From positions 2,010,001-2,042,000 of the forward strand of contig NZ_CP047960.1 in the NCBI RefSeq assembly GCF_014280195.1: a stretch of DNA of 32,000 bases, given 5' to 3'. Source of the stretch: Synechococcus sp. A15-24 (GTDB lineage Bacteria; Cyanobacteriota; Cyanobacteriia; PCC-6307; Cyanobiaceae). A program made the translations under genes and the position numbers. The first letter of the stretch is position 1; each line of letters starts with the position of its first letter. The notes below the pieces were generated by a model. The model worked only from the letters and a program-made list of their open reading frames with translations, did no database searches and was not told the DNA's origin. Positions 18,073 to 26,887 of this stretch are shown here, one piece after another.

Positions 18073-18683
18073 GCCGTTCCCGCTACGACAGAGCCGACCG
18101 GTACGACAGGCCCGATCGCTACGACAGGCCTGAGCGCCGCGGTGGTGGCTATGGACGCCCCCCCGGTCCACCTCAGGGCAATGACAGCCAGGGAGGATTC
18201 CAATTCAGCACGCTCACGGCAGCGGTGCTGGCAGGCGTTCTGGTGGTGGGCATCGGTATCGGCAGTGCGGTCACCAGCACCACCCAGGGCGATCAGGGCA
18301 ACATCGCCAGCTCTCAGCAGCTGGACATGGCCGTTCCGGATCCCGAGTTCTGCCGTCAGTGGGGGGCCAGCGCCTTCGTGATGGACATTGAGATGTACAC
18401 AACGCTCAACCCTTCCAGCAGCTTCGTCACCCAACCCACGCTTCAGCCCGGCTGTGTGATCCGACGAGAGAACTGGAGTGTGTTGCGCAAGGAAGGAGCC
18501 ATCACCGCGAACCAGGAACGCGAGTGCAAGCAGCGGATGAACACCTTTGCTTATATCGGGTCTGTACGCGATAAGCCTGTAGTGCGCTGCGTTTACCAAA
18601 CCGACATCAGCGAAAACAAGTTCCTCACCCGTGGTATCGCTGATGACGCAGCCGGCGTTACGCCGGAAGCCGATCAATTCTGA
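18069..18683 (+). CDS. Conserved hypothetical single-TM protein, probably DUF3172 family
   Basis: GTG 18069-18071 overlaps the ndhM TGA (GTGA). Arg/Asp repeat N-terminus, one hydrophobic helix ([23 protein letters not shown]) and a C-terminal domain with 4 Cys. Family assignment is from memory only. Confidence 0.7.
   Translation: MSRSRYDRADRYDRPDRYDRPERRGGGYGRPPGPPQGNDSQGGFQFSTLTAAVLAGVLVVGIGIGSAVTSTTQGDQGNIASSQQLDMAVPDPEFCRQWGASAFVMDIEMYTTLNPSSSFVTQPTLQPGCVIRRENWSVLRKEGAITANQERECKQRMNTFAYIGSVRDKPVVRCVYQTDISENKFLTRGIADDAAGVTPEADQF
18081..18134 (+). repeat. 3 x 18-nt in-frame tandem repeat encoding [18 protein letters not shown]
   Basis: Units are cgctacgacagagccgac, cggtacgacaggcccgat and cgctacgacaggcctgag. 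Confidence 0.9.
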
Positions 18684-18687
18684 CCAT

Positions 18688-19662
18688 TCAGGCCTGCAGG
18701 GGTTGGGGCTGGGACGGCTTGGCTTGGCGCAACGGGCTGTCGGCACTGGCGAACACCGGCAGCACGTCCTGCCGGAAAGCCGCTGAAGCGCGGGAGCTGT
18801 AACGGGCGGGGTGGGTGATCAGCTTCAGCTGCCGACGCACCTGCAGATCCGCCACGACCGGGCGGTGAATTGTTCCGGCCGCCAGCTCCCGCTCGATTGA
18901 CACCACCGGGACGAATGCAGCGCCGAGACCTGCCTGGACAGCATTTTTGATCGCCTCCAGCGAATTCAATTCCATCTCGATGCGCAGCCGCTGAACGTCC
19001 AACCCGGATCGAGCCAGCAGCTGGTCCACCATCTTCCGCGTGGTGGACTGGGCATCAAGGCAGACAAAGCCCAGTCTGTAGAGGTCCTCCTTGGTGAGTT
19101 CCGCCAGACGAGCCAGGGGATGCTTCACCGGCAACACCAGAGCCAACTCGTCGCTGGCGTAGGGCACCACCTGGAGCAGGTCGTTGAGCTCAGGCGGCAA
19201 TTCACCACCGATGATCGCCAGATCGATCTGGCCATTGGCCACGCTCCAGCCTGTGCGGCGCGTGCTGTGAACCTGCAGCTGGACCGCCACATCCGGATAC
19301 TTCTGCCGAAACAGACCAATCATCCGGGGCATCAGATAGGTGCCGGTGGTCTGGCTCGCTCCGACGATCAGGGAGCCGCCTTTGAGGTTGTGCAGATCAT
19401 CCAGAGCACGGCAGGCCTCATGGCACTGGCTGAGGATCCGATCGCAATAACTGAGCAGCAGGTGCCCGGCTTCCGTCAGCTGCGCCTTCCGCCCCCCACG
19501 ATCAAACAACGACACCTCCAGCTGCTTCTCGAGGTTCTGGATTTGCAAGCTGACGGCCGGCTGCGTGACGTAGAGACTGTCGGCCGCTTTTTTGAAGCTT
19601 CCTTCGCTGACGATGGCGCGAAGAATGCGGAGCTGATCCAGCGTGAAGGGCAGATCGGCCAC
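18688..19662 (-). CDS. rbcR: LysR-type transcriptional regulator, RbcR/Ycf30 (CbbR-like)
   Basis: (M)[47 protein letters not shown] and [35 protein letters not shown] match my memory of Ycf30/RbcR. GTG start at 19662-19660. Confidence 0.85.
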   Translation of the reverse strand: MADLPFTLDQLRILRAIVSEGSFKKAADSLYVTQPAVSLQIQNLEKQLEVSLFDRGGRKAQLTEAGHLLLSYCDRILSQCHEACRALDDLHNLKGGSLIVGASQTTGTYLMPRMIGLFRQKYPDVAVQLQVHSTRRTGWSVANGQIDLAIIGGELPPELNDLLQVVPYASDELALVLPVKHPLARLAELTKEDLYRLGFVCLDAQSTTRKMVDQLLARSGLDVQRLRIEMELNSLEAIKNAVQAGLGAAFVPVVSIERELAAGTIHRPVVADLQVRRQLKLITHPARYSSRASAAFRQDVLPVFASADSPLRQAKPSQPQPLQA

Positions 19663-19741
19663 CGCGCGCGATGCGGAAGAGCCTGGAATCTATATCTGCC
19701 TCGGCCGGCGTCCAGAATCACGGCGCAATGTCCAGAGGCCG
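19663..19741. promoter_or_regulatory. Divergent intergenic region between rbcR and the NnrU-ndhF-ndhD string
   Basis: 79 bp. CTGGA (19683-19687) is inverted relative to TCCAGA at 19711-19716 and 19731-19736. TATATC at 19691-19696. No clear T-N11-A box identified. Confidence 0.35.
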
Positions 19742-20473
19742 ATGGCCGTTTCCCACCACAGCAGCATCGTGATGCTGATCCTGCTGGTGCTGTTTGCTGT
19801 GATCCACAGCGGCGGTGCGGCCCTGCGGCAACGCGCTGAAGCCCGGATTGGGGCAAGGGCATGGCGTTTGCTGTTCGCCAGCGCAAGCATCCCTTCCGCC
19901 GTCGTTGTTATCGGCTGGTTCCTCGCCCACCGCTATGACGGCATCCGCCTCTGGAACCTGCAGGGGGTGCCGGGGATGGTGCCGCTGGTCTGGATTGGAA
20001 CCGCCGTCAGTTTCCTATTCCTGTACCCCGCTACCTACAACCTCCTGGAGATTCCAGCCGTCCTCAAACCCCAGGTTCGGCTGTACGCCACAGGCATCAT
20101 CCGCATCTCACGCCACCCCCAGGCCATCGGGCAAATCCTCTGGTGCATCACCCATGCCCTGTGGATCGGCAGCAGCTTCATGTTGGTGACCTGCTTCGGA
20201 CTGGTCGCCCATCATTTATTCGCGGTCTGGCACGGCGACCGCCGTCTGAAGGAGCGGTTTGGCGAGGCCTTTGACGACCTGAAAGCCAACACATCCGTGC
20301 TGCCATTTCGGGCAGTGATCGATGGCCGACAGCAGTTGGATTGGCGTGAATTTCTCAGGCCAGCCCAGCTGGGAATCCTGATTGCAGTCGGCGTGTTCTG
20401 GTGGGCGCACCGCTTCATTCCGACCGCCTCGGCAATGGTGCGCAACTCAGCACTGGAGAGTCTGCTGAGCTGA
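19742..20473 (+). CDS. NnrU-family membrane protein, 15-cis-zeta-carotene isomerase (Z-ISO)-like
   Basis: ATG 19742 (MAVSHHSSIVMLILLVL). Multi-TM. RISRHPQAIGQILWCITHALW (CxxH), HHLF and HGDRRLKERFGEAF resemble plant Z-ISO/NnrU as I remember them. Confidence 0.75.
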   Translation: MAVSHHSSIVMLILLVLFAVIHSGGAALRQRAEARIGARAWRLLFASASIPSAVVVIGWFLAHRYDGIRLWNLQGVPGMVPLVWIGTAVSFLFLYPATYNLLEIPAVLKPQVRLYATGIIRISRHPQAIGQILWCITHALWIGSSFMLVTCFGLVAHHLFAVWHGDRRLKERFGEAFDDLKANTSVLPFRAVIDGRQQLDWREFLRPAQLGILIAVGVFWWAHRFIPTASAMVRNSALESLLS

Positions 20474-20507
20474 GCTGCCTACACTCCGAGCAATCTGTTG
20501 AAAGCGG

Positions 20508-22517
20508 ATGCCTTCGGCCGCGGAACTTGCCTGGTTGATCCCGGTGCTTCCCCTTGCGGGAGCCGTGATCACTGGCCTTGGCTTGATCAGTTTCAACCGC
20601 ACCATCAACCGGCTGCGCAAGCCGGTGGCTCTGTTGTTGATCAGCTGCGTGGGTGCAGCCGCGGTGTTGAGCTACGCCATCCTTGCCGGACAGCTGGCTG
20701 GCGCTCCGCCGGTTGAGAGCTTGTTCGTCTGGGCCAGCGCCGGCAGCTTCGTGTTGCCGATGGGTTTCGTGGTGGATCCCCTGGCCGCCGTGATGCTCTC
20801 TCTGGTGACCACCATCGCGCTGCTGGTGATGGTCTACTCCCACGGCTACATGGCCCACGACAAGGGCTACGTTCGCTTTTTCACCTACCTGGCGCTGTTC
20901 AGCAGCTCGATGCTGGGGCTGATCATCAGCCCGAATCTCCTAGAGATCTACGTGTTCTGGGAGCTGGTGGGGATGTGTTCCTACCTCTTGGTGGGTTTCT
21001 GGTACGACCGGGACGGTGCAGCCCACGCCGCCCAGAAAGCCTTTGTGGTGAACCGCGTCGGAGACTTTGGTTTGCTGCTGGGCATCCTTGGACTGTTCTG
21101 GGCCACAGGCAGCTTCGATTTCCAGGGCATTGCCGATGGTTTGCGTGATGGCCTGAGCTCGGGAGCGGTGGCCCCTTGGGCCGCCCTTCTGCTTTGCCTG
21201 CTGGTGTTCCTGGGACCGATGGCCAAGTCGGCGCAGTTCCCACTGCATGTGTGGCTGCCGGATGCGATGGAGGGCCCCACCCCGATTTCCGCCCTGATTC
21301 ATGCCGCAACGATGGTCGCCGCGGGAGTCTTCCTGGTGGCTCGCCTTGATCCGCTCTACAGCCAGTTCCCGATTGTCCAGACCGTGATCGCCGTGGTGGG
21401 CACTATCACCTGCTTTCTGGGGGCATCGATCGCCCTCACCCAAATGGACCTGAAGAAGGGCCTGGCTTACAGCACCGTTTCGCAGCTCGGATACATGATG
21501 CTGGCCATGGGCTGCGGAGCCCCTGTCGCCGGACTGTTCCACCTGGTCACCCACGCCTTTTTCAAGGCGATGCTGTTCCTGGGATCGGGCTCAGTCATCC
21601 ATGCCATGGAAGAGGTGGTCGGCCACGAACCGGTCCTTGCCCAGGACATGCGGCTGATGGGTGGTCTGCGCCAGAAGATGCCTGTGACTGCCATCACCTT
21701 CTTCATTGGCTGCATCGCGATCAGCGGCATACCCCCCCTGGCAGGTTTTTGGAGCAAGGACGAAATTCTCGGCCAGGCCTTCAACAGCTTCCCCGTCCTC
21801 TGGCTGGTGGGCTTCCTCACCGCAGGAATGACCGCCTTCTACATGTTCCGCCTGTATTTCCTCACCTTTGAAGGTGAGTTCCGCGGCAACGACACGGCCA
21901 TGCAGGCCCAGCTGCTGACGGCAGCAGGCAAGGACCCTGGCGACCATCACGCCCATGGCGGCAGCGTTCATGAATCTGCCTGGCCCATGGCAGCCCCCCT
22001 GGCGGTGCTGGCGGTGCCTTCGGTCCTGGTGGGCCTGCTGGGCACTCCTTGGAACAGCCGCTTCGCCGGCCTCCTGAATCCGGAGGAAGCCGTGGAGATG
22101 GCAGAACATTTCAGCTGGAACGAGTTCCTGCCCCTGGCCGGCGCTTCCGTGGCCATTTCGGTTGTGGGCATCACCCTTGCGGTGCTGGCCTATGCCCTGC
22201 ACCGCATTGATCTTGGTGAGTTGGTGGCAGGTCGTTTCCCCAGCCTCAACGCCTTCCTGGCCAACAAGTGGTATCTCGATGCCATCAACGAGAAGTTGTT
22301 CGTGCGTGGCAGCCGCAAGCTGGCCAGGGAAGTGCTTGAGGTCGACGCCAAAGTTGTGGATGGTGTGGTCAATCTCACCGGCCTGCTCACCCTTGGCAGT
22401 GGTGAGGGTCTGAAATACCTGGAAACGGGTCGAGCCCAGTTCTATGCACTGATCGTGTTCGCTGGAGTGATCGGTCTGGTGGTTCTGTTCGGCGTCATCG
22501 GCGGACCAACCGCCTGA
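20508..22517 (+). CDS. ndhF: NDH-1 subunit F (NuoL/ND5-like), 669 aa
   Basis: ATG start. WELVGMCSYLLVGFWY and HAATMVAAGVFLVAR, many TM helices. Length is consistent with an F1-type subunit (inference from length only). Confidence 0.93.
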   Translation: MPSAAELAWLIPVLPLAGAVITGLGLISFNRTINRLRKPVALLLISCVGAAAVLSYAILAGQLAGAPPVESLFVWASAGSFVLPMGFVVDPLAAVMLSLVTTIALLVMVYSHGYMAHDKGYVRFFTYLALFSSSMLGLIISPNLLEIYVFWELVGMCSYLLVGFWYDRDGAAHAAQKAFVVNRVGDFGLLLGILGLFWATGSFDFQGIADGLRDGLSSGAVAPWAALLLCLLVFLGPMAKSAQFPLHVWLPDAMEGPTPISALIHAATMVAAGVFLVARLDPLYSQFPIVQTVIAVVGTITCFLGASIALTQMDLKKGLAYSTVSQLGYMMLAMGCGAPVAGLFHLVTHAFFKAMLFLGSGSVIHAMEEVVGHEPVLAQDMRLMGGLRQKMPVTAITFFIGCIAISGIPPLAGFWSKDEILGQAFNSFPVLWLVGFLTAGMTAFYMFRLYFLTFEGEFRGNDTAMQAQLLTAAGKDPGDHHAHGGSVHESAWPMAAPLAVLAVPSVLVGLLGTPWNSRFAGLLNPEEAVEMAEHFSWNEFLPLAGASVAISVVGITLAVLAYALHRIDLGELVAGRFPSLNAFLANKWYLDAINEKLFVRGSRKLAREVLEVDAKVVDGVVNLTGLLTLGSGEGLKYLETGRAQFYALIVFAGVIGLVVLFGVIGGPTA

Positions 22518-22536
22518 CAAACCACTGGCTCATGTG

Positions 22537-22562
22537 TGTCATCGCCTATCGAGGTGATGACA
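22537..22562 (+). other. Intercistronic stem-loop between ndhF and ndhD
   Basis: TGTCATCGCC (22537-22546) pairs with GGTGATGACA (22553-22562), one G-T wobble, 6-nt loop TATCGA. No following T-run. Confidence 0.5.
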
Positions 22563-22610
22563 GTTCGGCTGTGATTTCTACGATCCAGCCAGTGGTGATC
22601 GGGACAGATC

Positions 22611-24251
22611 GTGATCGAATTCGCAGTCGCCGGGGCGAGTGACCCCATTGCGGCGACCGTGCCCTGGCTGAGCCTGTCCATTCTGGTTCCGATCGTGGGC
22701 GCCCTGTTGGTGCCGTTCATTCCGGATGCTGGAGATGGCAAGCAGATTCGCTGGTACGCCCTTGGCATCACCCTGATCACCTTCCTGATCACGGTGAGCG
22801 CTTACCTCAATGGCTATGACCCCAGCCTCAGCGGACTGCAGCTGAGCGAACGGGTGAGTTGGCTGCCCGACCTGGGTCTCACCTGGTCCGTTGGAGCCGA
22901 TGGGCTGTCGATGCCGCTGATCCTGCTGACCAGCTTCATTACCAGCCTGGCCTGCTTGGCGGCCTGGCCGGTGAGCTTCAAGCCACGCCTGTTCTATTTC
23001 CTGCTCCTGGCGATGGATGGCGGCCAGATCGCCGTTTTCGCCGTACAGGACATGCTGTTGTTCTTCCTGGCCTGGGAACTGGAACTGATCCCGGTGTATC
23101 TGCTCCTGGCGATCTGGGGTGGCAAGAAGCGCCAGTACGCCGCCACCAAATTCATCCTCTACACAGCCGGCAGTTCCCTGTTCATCCTGCTGGCGGCCCT
23201 TGCCATGGGCTTCTTTGGCGGAGGAACCCCCAGCTTTGAGTACACCGCCCTGGCGGCGAAGGACTTCGGCAGTGGCTTCCAATTGCTCTGCTACGCAGGC
23301 CTGCTCATCGCCTTCGGGGTGAAGCTGCCGATCGTGCCGCTGCACACCTGGCTTCCCGATGCTCACGGTGAGGCCACGGCCCCGGTGCACATGCTGCTGG
23401 CTGGCATCCTGCTGAAGATGGGCGGCTACGCCCTGCTGCGGTTCAACTGCGAGCTGCTGCCTGTCGCCCACGCCCAGTTCGCACCGCTTCTGATCGTGCT
23501 CGGGGTGGTGAACATCATCTACGCCGCGCTCACCTCCTTCGCCCAGCGCAACCTCAAGCGCAAGATCGCCTACAGCTCCATCAGCCACATGGGCTTTGTG
23601 CTGATTGGTGTGGGCAGCTTCAGTGCCCTCGGCACCAGCGGCGCCATGCTGCAGATGATCAGCCACGGGCTGATCGGAGCGAGCCTGTTCTTCCTCGTGG
23701 GTGCCACCTACGACCGCACCCACACCCTGCAGCTGGACGAGATGGGGGGCGTCGGCCAGAAGATGCGAACCATGTTCGCGCTCTGGACCGTCTGCGCCCT
23801 GGCATCCCTGGCTCTGCCCGGCATGAGCGGCTTCGTCAGCGAGCTGATGGTGTTCGCCGGCTTTGCCACCGATGAGGCCTATACCCTGCCGTTCCGGGTG
23901 GTGATCTGCGGCCTGGCCGCCGTCGGTGTGATCCTCACACCGATCTATCTGCTCTCCATGCTGCGGGAGATCTTCTTCGGCAAAGAGAAGCAAGAGCTGG
24001 TCTCCCACACCAACCTCGTGGACGCAGAACCGCGTGAGGTGTACATCATCGGCTGCCTGTTGGTGCCGATAATTGGCATCGGCCTCTACCCACGGCTGAT
24101 GACCGACAGCTACAGCCGATCGATCGAAGCCCTGGTGGGGCGCGACCTCGGTGCCATGGAACGGATCACCCAACCCACTGCACCGTTGATCCGTGGCCAG
24201 GCTCAAGCGGTGCCGGCTGTCCTGAGCGCTCCATCGGTTCCAGCCTCGTAA
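22611..24251 (+). CDS. ndhD: NDH-1 subunit D (NuoM/ND4-like), 546 aa
   Basis: GTG 22611 is the most upstream start. [16 protein letters not shown] and [29 protein letters not shown] at 24249-24251. Confidence 0.9.
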   Translation: MIEFAVAGASDPIAATVPWLSLSILVPIVGALLVPFIPDAGDGKQIRWYALGITLITFLITVSAYLNGYDPSLSGLQLSERVSWLPDLGLTWSVGADGLSMPLILLTSFITSLACLAAWPVSFKPRLFYFLLLAMDGGQIAVFAVQDMLLFFLAWELELIPVYLLLAIWGGKKRQYAATKFILYTAGSSLFILLAALAMGFFGGGTPSFEYTALAAKDFGSGFQLLCYAGLLIAFGVKLPIVPLHTWLPDAHGEATAPVHMLLAGILLKMGGYALLRFNCELLPVAHAQFAPLLIVLGVVNIIYAALTSFAQRNLKRKIAYSSISHMGFVLIGVGSFSALGTSGAMLQMISHGLIGASLFFLVGATYDRTHTLQLDEMGGVGQKMRTMFALWTVCALASLALPGMSGFVSELMVFAGFATDEAYTLPFRVVICGLAAVGVILTPIYLLSMLREIFFGKEKQELVSHTNLVDAEPREVYIIGCLLVPIIGIGLYPRLMTDSYSRSIEALVGRDLGAMERITQPTAPLIRGQAQAVPAVLSAPSVPAS

Positions 24252-24318
24252 ACAAGTGTCGAGGTCTGCCCCAGAGCGCGTTGAAGTCCGTAAGTTCTGA
24301 TCGCATTCGGCCCTTTCC

Positions 24319-24699
24319 ATGCGCCAGATCAACTTCGGCCTGATCTTCGGCTTCGGACTGATCACGGTGTTCTTCACCCTCGAAAACACCGCCCCTACCA
24401 CCGTTCATGTTCTGCCCGGGATGAACTACACCCTGCCGCTGGCTGGCCTGTTGCTGCTGGTGTCGGGTGTTGGTGCAGTGTCCGCCTGGTTCTTCGCCGC
24501 TTGGACAGGGATGCTGAACAATGTGGAACGCATCACGCAGGCCAGCGAGTTTGAAGCGCAGCAGGTGCGCATCCAGGAACTCGAAACAGACCTGAACCGC
24601 TATCGCTCCACGGTGCAGACCCAGCTCGGCCTGCTGCCGGCCACCACGGTCAGCAGCAGCAGCAGCGAGGGGGCTGACAACAGCAGCGACGCCGCCTGA
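24319..24699 (+). CDS. LapA-domain (DUF1049) small membrane protein
   Basis: Two TM helices (INFGLIFGFGLITVFFTLEN, LPLAGLLLLVSGVGAVSAWFFAAW), then a coiled-coil-like segment and a Ser-rich tail. Confidence 0.6.
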   Translation: MRQINFGLIFGFGLITVFFTLENTAPTTVHVLPGMNYTLPLAGLLLLVSGVGAVSAWFFAAWTGMLNNVERITQASEFEAQQVRIQELETDLNRYRSTVQTQLGLLPATTVSSSSSEGADNSSDAA

Positions 24700-24720
24700 T
24701 CCCAGTCTGCCAATGGCATC

Positions 24721-24749
24721 TGAGCTGAAGGACCGATACCTTCAGCTCA
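24721..24749 (+). terminator. Perfect 11-bp hairpin after the lapA-like gene (no U-tract)
   Basis: TGAGCTGAAGG (24721-24731) pairs with CCTTCAGCTCA (24739-24749), 7-nt loop. Followed by atcggg rather than a T-run. Confidence 0.35.
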
Positions 24750-24762
24750 ATCGGGATCACAC

Positions 24763-25665
24763 GTGCCCCAGGTGGCCAGCCAAGAGAGTGCTGATGCAGG
24801 CGCCCGCCTGGCCATCCGCCTGCTGCAGGACGCAGCTGAACAGGGGGAGCTCGACCCCTGGGATGTGGATGTGATCGCCGTCGTGGACGGCTTTCTGGAT
24901 CAGCTCCGCCAACGCATCGAGGTGCCACGGCAGGTGGCGGCCGCCCTCGATGGCCGCGGCGGCAGCTATGAACGTGAACTGGCGGACAGCAGTGAGGCCT
25001 TCCTGGCCGCCTCAGTGCTGGTGGGGTTGAAAGCCGAGGTGCTTGAAGCCAGCATTTTGCCGCCTCCTGTTGAGGTGGAGGAGCACATCGATGCCGAGTT
25101 CGACGCCCAGGGATGGCTGGACCAGAGCTTCGATCTGCCGCGTCGACCGGAACGTCATCTTCAACGCCGGCCTGTGGCCCCGCCGCCGTTGCGGCGGCCA
25201 GTCACCCTCGGCGAGCTGATCGAACAACTGGAATCCATCGCCGAGCACCTGGAAGCCGACGAGCTGGAAGCCCGCCGCCGCCAACGCAAGCGGCGCTTCA
25301 GCAACCGTGAAGCGATCGCTCAAGTGGCGGGCCTGGCCCACCGGGAAAAACTGCCAGAAACCACAGCAGCCCTGGGGGTTTATCTCAACAGCTGGGAGGA
25401 CGCCCTGGACTGGATCGACTTTGAACGCTTGGTGCAGCGCTGGACCAGCGTGGCTCCAGGCGATCTGGACACCGATCGGGTGGGAGTCTTCTGGGCTCTG
25501 CTGTTTCTGTCCTCCCAGGGGGCGGTGGAACTGGAGCAGGAGGGCTGGTTGCATGCTCCCCTCCGGCTGAAACGGATCCCAGCCAGCGGCAGCTTCACTC
25601 AGCTCCCGATCACCCGGTTGGAGGTGCCAGATTCAGTGCCGACCCGAACCACGCAGGCGGCTTAA
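24763..25665 (+). CDS. scpA: Segregation and condensation protein A
   Basis: LAIRLLQDAAEQGELDPWDVDVIAVVDGFLDQL N-terminal kleisin motif and a conserved C-terminal winged-helix-like region. GTG start at 24763. Confidence 0.75.
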   Translation: MPQVASQESADAGARLAIRLLQDAAEQGELDPWDVDVIAVVDGFLDQLRQRIEVPRQVAAALDGRGGSYERELADSSEAFLAASVLVGLKAEVLEASILPPPVEVEEHIDAEFDAQGWLDQSFDLPRRPERHLQRRPVAPPPLRRPVTLGELIEQLESIAEHLEADELEARRRQRKRRFSNREAIAQVAGLAHREKLPETTAALGVYLNSWEDALDWIDFERLVQRWTSVAPGDLDTDRVGVFWALLFLSSQGAVELEQEGWLHAPLRLKRIPASGSFTQLPITRLEVPDSVPTRTTQAA

Positions 25666-25708
25666 GGAGCGGTTTAATCTTCACCATCCTGTGATGTCAG
25701 AAACGCCG

Positions 25709-26887
25709 ATGAAGGCGATGATCCTGGCGGCCGGAAAGGGAACGAGGGTCCAGCCGATCACCCATGTGATCCCCAAACCGATGATCCCGATCCTGCAGAA
25801 ACCCGTGATGGAGTTTCTGCTCGAGCTTCTCAAGGAGCATGGCTTCAACGAGGTGATGGTGAACGTCTCCCACCTGGCTGAGGAGATCGAAAATTATTTC
25901 CGCGATGGGCAGCGCTTCGGCGTCGAGATCGCTTACAGCTTCGAAGGGCGCATTGAAGATGGCGAACTGATCGGCAGCGCCCTCGGTTCTGCTGGCGGAC
26001 TGAAAAAAATTCAGGATTTTCAGAACTTTTTCGACGACACCTTTGTGGTGCTCTGCGGTGACGCTCTGATCGATCTCGACCTCACCGAAGCGGTTCGTCG
26101 CCACCGGGAGAAAGGTGCCCTGGCCAGCCTTGTCACCAAGCGCGTCCCCAAGGAACAGGTGAGCAGCTACGGCGTCGTGGTCACCGACGCTGAAGACCGG
26201 ATCTCCCACTTCCAGGAAAAACCCAAGGTGGAAGAAGCCTTGAGTGACACGATCAACACCGGCATTTACATCTTCGAGCCGGGAATTTTCGATCACATCC
26301 CGTCGGGCGTGTCCTTCGACATCGGCTCGGACCTGTTCCCGAAACTGGCGGAGCTCGGGGCACCCTTCTATGCCATTCCGATGGATTTCGAGTGGGTGGA
26401 CATCGGTAAGGTGCCCGATTACTGGCAGGCCATCCGCAGCGTTCTGCTGGGAGACGTGCGTCAGGTGGGCATTCCCGGTAAGGAGATTCAGCCAGGTGTT
26501 TACACCGGTCTGAACGTGGCCGCCAACTGGGACAAGATCAACGTGAGCGGTCCGGTCTACGTGGGAGGCATGACCAAGATCGAGGACGGTGCCACGATTG
26601 TTGGCCCAACGATGATCGGCCCCAGCTGCCACATCTGTGAAGGAGCCGTGATCGACAACTCGATCATCTTCGACTATTCGCGGATTGGAGCCGGTGTGCA
26701 GCTGGTGGAGAAGCTGGTGTTCGGTCGCTACTGCGTGGGCAAGGATGGCGACCACTTCGATCTTCAGGAAGCGGCGCTGGACTGGCTGATCACCGATGCG
26801 CGGCGACAGGACCTTGTGGAGCCCTCACCGCAGCAGAAGGCCATGGCGGAACTCCTGGGTACCGAGCTCACTCAGGCAGCCAGCTGA
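25709..26887 (+). CDS. NDP-sugar pyrophosphorylase (mannose-1-P guanylyltransferase-like) with C-terminal left-handed beta-helix
   Basis: MKAMILAAGKGTRVQPIT and KPMIPI motifs, LCGDAL. Hexapeptide-repeat C-terminus. Alternative starts are ATG 25694 and GTG 25691. Confidence 0.85.
   Translation: MKAMILAAGKGTRVQPITHVIPKPMIPILQKPVMEFLLELLKEHGFNEVMVNVSHLAEEIENYFRDGQRFGVEIAYSFEGRIEDGELIGSALGSAGGLKKIQDFQNFFDDTFVVLCGDALIDLDLTEAVRRHREKGALASLVTKRVPKEQVSSYGVVVTDAEDRISHFQEKPKVEEALSDTINTGIYIFEPGIFDHIPSGVSFDIGSDLFPKLAELGAPFYAIPMDFEWVDIGKVPDYWQAIRSVLLGDVRQVGIPGKEIQPGVYTGLNVAANWDKINVSGPVYVGGMTKIEDGATIVGPTMIGPSCHICEGAVIDNSIIFDYSRIGAGVQLVEKLVFGRYCVGKDGDHFDLQEAALDWLITDARRQDLVEPSPQQKAMAELLGTELTQAAS

Noticed and set aside
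19643-19741. GTG-initiated extension of the NnrU-like ORF overlapping the rbcR start
   Set aside because: The extension ([14 protein letters not shown]...) is hydrophilic and non-conserved-looking and would overlap rbcR head-to-head. ATG 19742 starts directly at the first TM helix.
22578-24401. 607-aa ORF on the minus strand spanning all of ndhD
   Set aside because: It is exactly antisense to a gene with unmistakable NuoM/NdhD motifs. Its translation is His/Gln/Gly/Ala/Arg-rich with no recognisable domain. Long stop-free antisense frames are expected in GC-rich, codon-biased genes.
24651-24666. (CAG)5 trinucleotide run encoding Ser5 in the lapA-like gene tail
   Set aside because: It is short, in-frame and in a low-complexity C-terminal tail. 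There is no evidence of phase variation.
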